Part shown: in pieces, positions 24,265 to 27,254 of the stretch | Layout of the letters: every line of letters starts with the position of its first letter | How positions within the stretch are numbered: position 1 is the stretch's first letter | Assembly: GCA_041640575.1 (NCBI GenBank) | Contig: JBEPZZ010000006.1 | Location: 1,606 to 28,859 of the forward strand | Source of the DNA: Pseudothermotoga sp. | Lineage (GTDB): Bacteria > Thermotogota > Thermotogae > Thermotogales > DSM-5069 | Direction: 5' to 3' | Length of the DNA stretch: 27,254 nucleotides | Program-made: the position numbers and the translations under genes | Notes under the pieces: generated by a model | The model's input: only the letters and a program-made list of their open reading frames with translations | Database searches by the model: none | Told to the model about the DNA's origin: nothing

Positions 24265-25119
24265 ATGTTAGGGCAACTGATTCTCACCGGTATCTTGGTA
24301 GGCGCAGTGTATTCTTTAGTAGCAGTTGGACTTACACTTGTTTGGGGTTTGATGGACATAATCAATTTCGCTCATGGAGACTTCATGATGATATCTATGT
24401 ACGTTGTTTTTTGGCTGTACAGTCTTCTGAACACAGATCCCCTACTGTCTCTACCAATAGCAGCTGGTGTTGCGGCTTTACTAGGTATTGCAACATACCA
24501 GTTTGTCATTAGACGTGTTTTAAATGCCCCGGGTTTAATGCCTTTGCTTGCGACTTTTGGGTTAAGTCTCTTCATAAGAAACCTTGCGCAATTTCTTTGG
24601 AGTCCAAACTATCGATTCATAACCCAGTCAGTGCTTACTGATAAAAGATTCTTCGTTGGTAATCTTGTCATAGGTTTGCCCCAGCTTGTTGCTGCACTGG
24701 GAAGCATTGCCGTGACTTTATTAATAGCGTTGTTCATCAAGAAAACAAAAACCGGAAAAGCAATCCAAGCAACAGCACAAAACAGAGACATAGCTGAGTT
24801 GATGGGTGTCAACACTCAGAAAATTTATGCCATTACCTTTGCCTTGTCTGGAATTTGTGTTGGTGTAGCAGGAACATTACTTTCCAACATTTTTCCAGTC
24901 TATCCCGAATCCGGAGCCATGTATGGCCTTTTAGCCTTTGTCATTGTTGCTTTGGGTGGGTTTGGGAACATTTGGGGTGCTTTTTATGCAGGGCTCTTAA
25001 TAGGCCTAGCTGAAACATTAGGTGGGTTCTACCTTGGAACTCAGTACAAATACGCAATCGCTTTCTTGATATATTTGCTTGTCTTGCAATTTAGACCCAA
25101 GGGTCTTTTTGGGTGGTGA
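24265..25119 (+). CDS. livH: HAAT ABC permease, LivH-like
   Basis: GLTLVWGLMDIINFAHG, AFVIVALGGFG and RPKGLFG. ATG 24265 follows GAGGGGT. Confidence 0.88.
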   Translation: MLGQLILTGILVGAVYSLVAVGLTLVWGLMDIINFAHGDFMMISMYVVFWLYSLLNTDPLLSLPIAAGVAALLGIATYQFVIRRVLNAPGLMPLLATFGLSLFIRNLAQFLWSPNYRFITQSVLTDKRFFVGNLVIGLPQLVAALGSIAVTLLIALFIKKTKTGKAIQATAQNRDIAELMGVNTQKIYAITFALSGICVGVAGTLLSNIFPVYPESGAMYGLLAFVIVALGGFGNIWGAFYAGLLIGLAETLGGFYLGTQYKYAIAFLIYLLVLQFRPKGLFGW

Positions 25120-25124
25120 CGATT

Positions 25125-26099
25125 ATGACAAAGAATCCTTGGCTTTTAATATTCTTCTTCATTTTGATTTTGGTTCTTCCTTTCATAATTTCGGATACTC
25201 ACTTTCAGCACACAATGATAATGCTTGCGCTTTTTGCTGGGCTTGGTGAAGCTTGGAATATAATAACCGGATTTGGTGGACAAACTTCATTTGGTCATTC
25301 AGCATTCTTTGGAATAGGAGCATATACATCAACTGTTTTGTTTTACAAATTTGGTGTCTCACCGTGGTTTGGAATGTTGATTGGGGCCATAATAGCAGCT
25401 TTGATCGCAATCGTGGTAAGTTATCCTTGCTTTAGACTCAAAGGACATTACTTTGCGATAGCAACACTCGCTGTTGCAGAAATCATCAAACAACTCTTCG
25501 TTAGCTGGGATTACGTGGAAGGAGCAACAGGTATTTCTATACCTGTTGTGAAAGACAGTCTAATGGCAATGCAATTTCATCAATCTAAGATTCCATACTT
25601 TCTGATAGTTTATTCATTATTCCTCTTTTCGACAGTCGTAGCAGTTTTGATCGAAAACAACAAGATTGGCTATTATCTGAAAGCTTTAAGAGAAAGTCAT
25701 GATGCTGCAGAAGCTTTAGGAATAAACACCACAAAATATAAGCTCATAGCCATGGCTATTAGTGCCGCTCTGACTGCAACGATGGGAACTGTTTATGCTC
25801 AATACATACTCTACATTGATCCATTTATGGTGTTTGGCCTTGAGATATCCATGAAAATAGTTTTACTCACAGTTCTCGGAGGTATAGGGAACATATACGG
25901 TCCTATAATTGGTGCAGGAATTCTGATACCACTTTCTGAATACACTCGTACAACACTTGGTGGAACAGGAAAAGGCATCGATTTGATGATATACGGAGCG
26001 CTTATCGTTCTTATAGCATGCTTCGAGCCAAGGGGAATTATAGGAATTATCAAAAGCCTCAGAAAAAGGGGTGTCAACTATGGCAGGACCACTGCTTGA
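25125..26099 (+). CDS. livM: HAAT ABC permease, LivM-like
   Basis: GQTSFGHSAFFGIGAY, RLKGHYFAIATLA and AAEALGIN. ATG 25125 follows GGTGGTGA. Confidence 0.88.
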   Translation: MTKNPWLLIFFFILILVLPFIISDTHFQHTMIMLALFAGLGEAWNIITGFGGQTSFGHSAFFGIGAYTSTVLFYKFGVSPWFGMLIGAIIAALIAIVVSYPCFRLKGHYFAIATLAVAEIIKQLFVSWDYVEGATGISIPVVKDSLMAMQFHQSKIPYFLIVYSLFLFSTVVAVLIENNKIGYYLKALRESHDAAEALGINTTKYKLIAMAISAALTATMGTVYAQYILYIDPFMVFGLEISMKIVLLTVLGGIGNIYGPIIGAGILIPLSEYTRTTLGGTGKGIDLMIYGALIVLIACFEPRGIIGIIKSLRKRGVNYGRTTA

Positions 26100-26838
26100 A
26101 GTAGACGGTGTTACGATGAAATTTGGAAGCCTCGTAGCTAATGATAATGTTTCTTTTGTCGTGAACGAAGGTGAAATTGTAAGTTTGATTGGACCAAACG
26201 GTGCGGGAAAAACAACCCTGTTTAACTGCATGAGTGGGTTTTACAAGCCATTCTCTGGTAAAGTGATCTTCAATGGGAAGGAAATAACTGGTTTTAGACC
26301 GCACAAAATAGCAGAATTGGGTCTGACAAGAACATTTCAAATAGTCAAACCGTTGATGGACATGACTGTCTTCGACAATGTTCTCACGGGAGCATTTTTG
26401 AGAGCAAGTACAAAAAAAGAAGCAGAGAAAATAGCAAACGAGGTGCTAGAGATAACACATCTTCACGAAAAGAGGTTCATGTTAGCCTCCAGTCTGACAA
26501 TAGGAGATAAGAAAAGACTAGAAATAGCGCGCGTTCTCGCCACCAAACCCAAAATGATTATGCTTGATGAAGCGATGGCTGGACTGAATCAAACTGAAAT
26601 AAAGGAAGCAGTGGAACTTTGTTTGAGGCTGAATCGTCAAGGAATTACATTGTTAGTTGTTGAACACATCATGGAAGCCATAATGCCGATTTCAAAGAGA
26701 ATAATTGTTCTAAACGCTGGTAGAAAGATTGCGGAAGGCTCTCCGGAGGAGATTGCTAACAACGAAGAGGTTATTAAAGCCTATTTGGGGGAGAGATACC
26801 ATGCTAAAAGTAAAGAACTTAACCGTCGGGTACAATAA
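26080..26838 (+). CDS. livG: HAAT ABC ATP-binding protein, LivG-like
   Basis: GPNGAGKT, RTFQ, MLDEAMAGL and VIKAYLG. ATG 26080 follows AAGGGGT. Confidence 0.9.
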   Translation: MAGPLLEVDGVTMKFGSLVANDNVSFVVNEGEIVSLIGPNGAGKTTLFNCMSGFYKPFSGKVIFNGKEITGFRPHKIAELGLTRTFQIVKPLMDMTVFDNVLTGAFLRASTKKEAEKIANEVLEITHLHEKRFMLASSLTIGDKKRLEIARVLATKPKMIMLDEAMAGLNQTEIKEAVELCLRLNRQGITLLVVEHIMEAIMPISKRIIVLNAGRKIAEGSPEEIANNEEVIKAYLGERYHAKSKELNRRVQ

Positions 26839-27254
26839 CGTACCGGTTGTTTTCAACGTTTCCATCGACGTTAGAGAAAAAGAATTCGTTGCAATTATTG
26901 GTTCTAATGGCGCAGGAAAATCAACTATCATGAAAACAATTGCTGGGCTCTTAAAACCTTTCTCTGGAGAAATTGAATTTGAAGGGAAAAAAATACACAC
27001 TTTACCAGCTTACGAGATACTTCGACTTGGAATAGCAATGGTCCCTGAGGGAAGGCATGTGTTTGGAAAGATGAGTGTGAGGGATAATCTTATAATGGGT
27101 GCCTATACTATAACGGACCGTGCAAAGATAAGAAAGAATATTGAAAAAATGTTCGATTTATTTCCTATTCTAAAGGAAAGACAGAATCAAAGGGCGGAAA
27201 CACTTTCTGGAGGAGAGCAACAAGTTCTTGCTATCGCAAGAGCGTTGATGGTAG
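26801..27254 (+). CDS. livF: HAAT ABC ATP-binding protein, LivF-like (3'-truncated by the window; absent from the ORF track)
   Basis: Translated by hand from ATG 26801: MLKVKNLTVGYNNVPVVFNVS...GSNGAGKST...VPEGRHVF...LSGGEQQVLAIARALM. Confidence 0.9.
   Translation, partial: MLKVKNLTVGYNNVPVVFNVSIDVREKEFVAIIGSNGAGKSTIMKTIAGLLKPFSGEIEFEGKKIHTLPAYEILRLGIAMVPEGRHVFGKMSVRDNLIMGAYTITDRAKIRKNIEKMFDLFPILKERQNQRAETLSGGEQQVLAIARALMV

Overview
This window looks like a Thermotogota chromosome (Thermotoga/Pseudothermotoga-like, inferred from protein resemblance to T. maritima IolM/IolN/IolO/UxaE/KdgR/KdgK as I recall them). Positions 1-~2190 are the lysis end of a probable prophage: a metallophosphoesterase, a small membrane protein, an SLT endolysin, a frameshifted HEXXH gene, and a holin-like gene ending on a perfect A_AAA_AAC slippery heptamer that opens into a 100-codon -1 frame. 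This region abuts the 3' end of a minus-strand tRNA-Glu(CTC), with helically phased CCCAAT repeats resembling integrase arm sites. Positions 2362-22646 form one inositol/hexuronate catabolic island: uxuB-uxaE-DeoR regulator, divergent from iolM-iolG-iolN, a CUT2 sugar ABC transporter, a PPi-type inositol kinase (RTGRGD motif), an AfuABC-like phosphate-ester ABC transporter, a HAD phosphatase and iolO, followed by an MFS transporter, an exosite-less RNase Z-like hydrolase, iolI, kdgR and kdgK. A Liv-type ABC operon runs off the right end. The best leads are the candidate -1 programmed frameshift in the phage lysis module and a candidate salvage/catabolic system for inositol phosphates or di-myo-inositol phosphate. 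No database searches were run; family calls rest on motif recognition.
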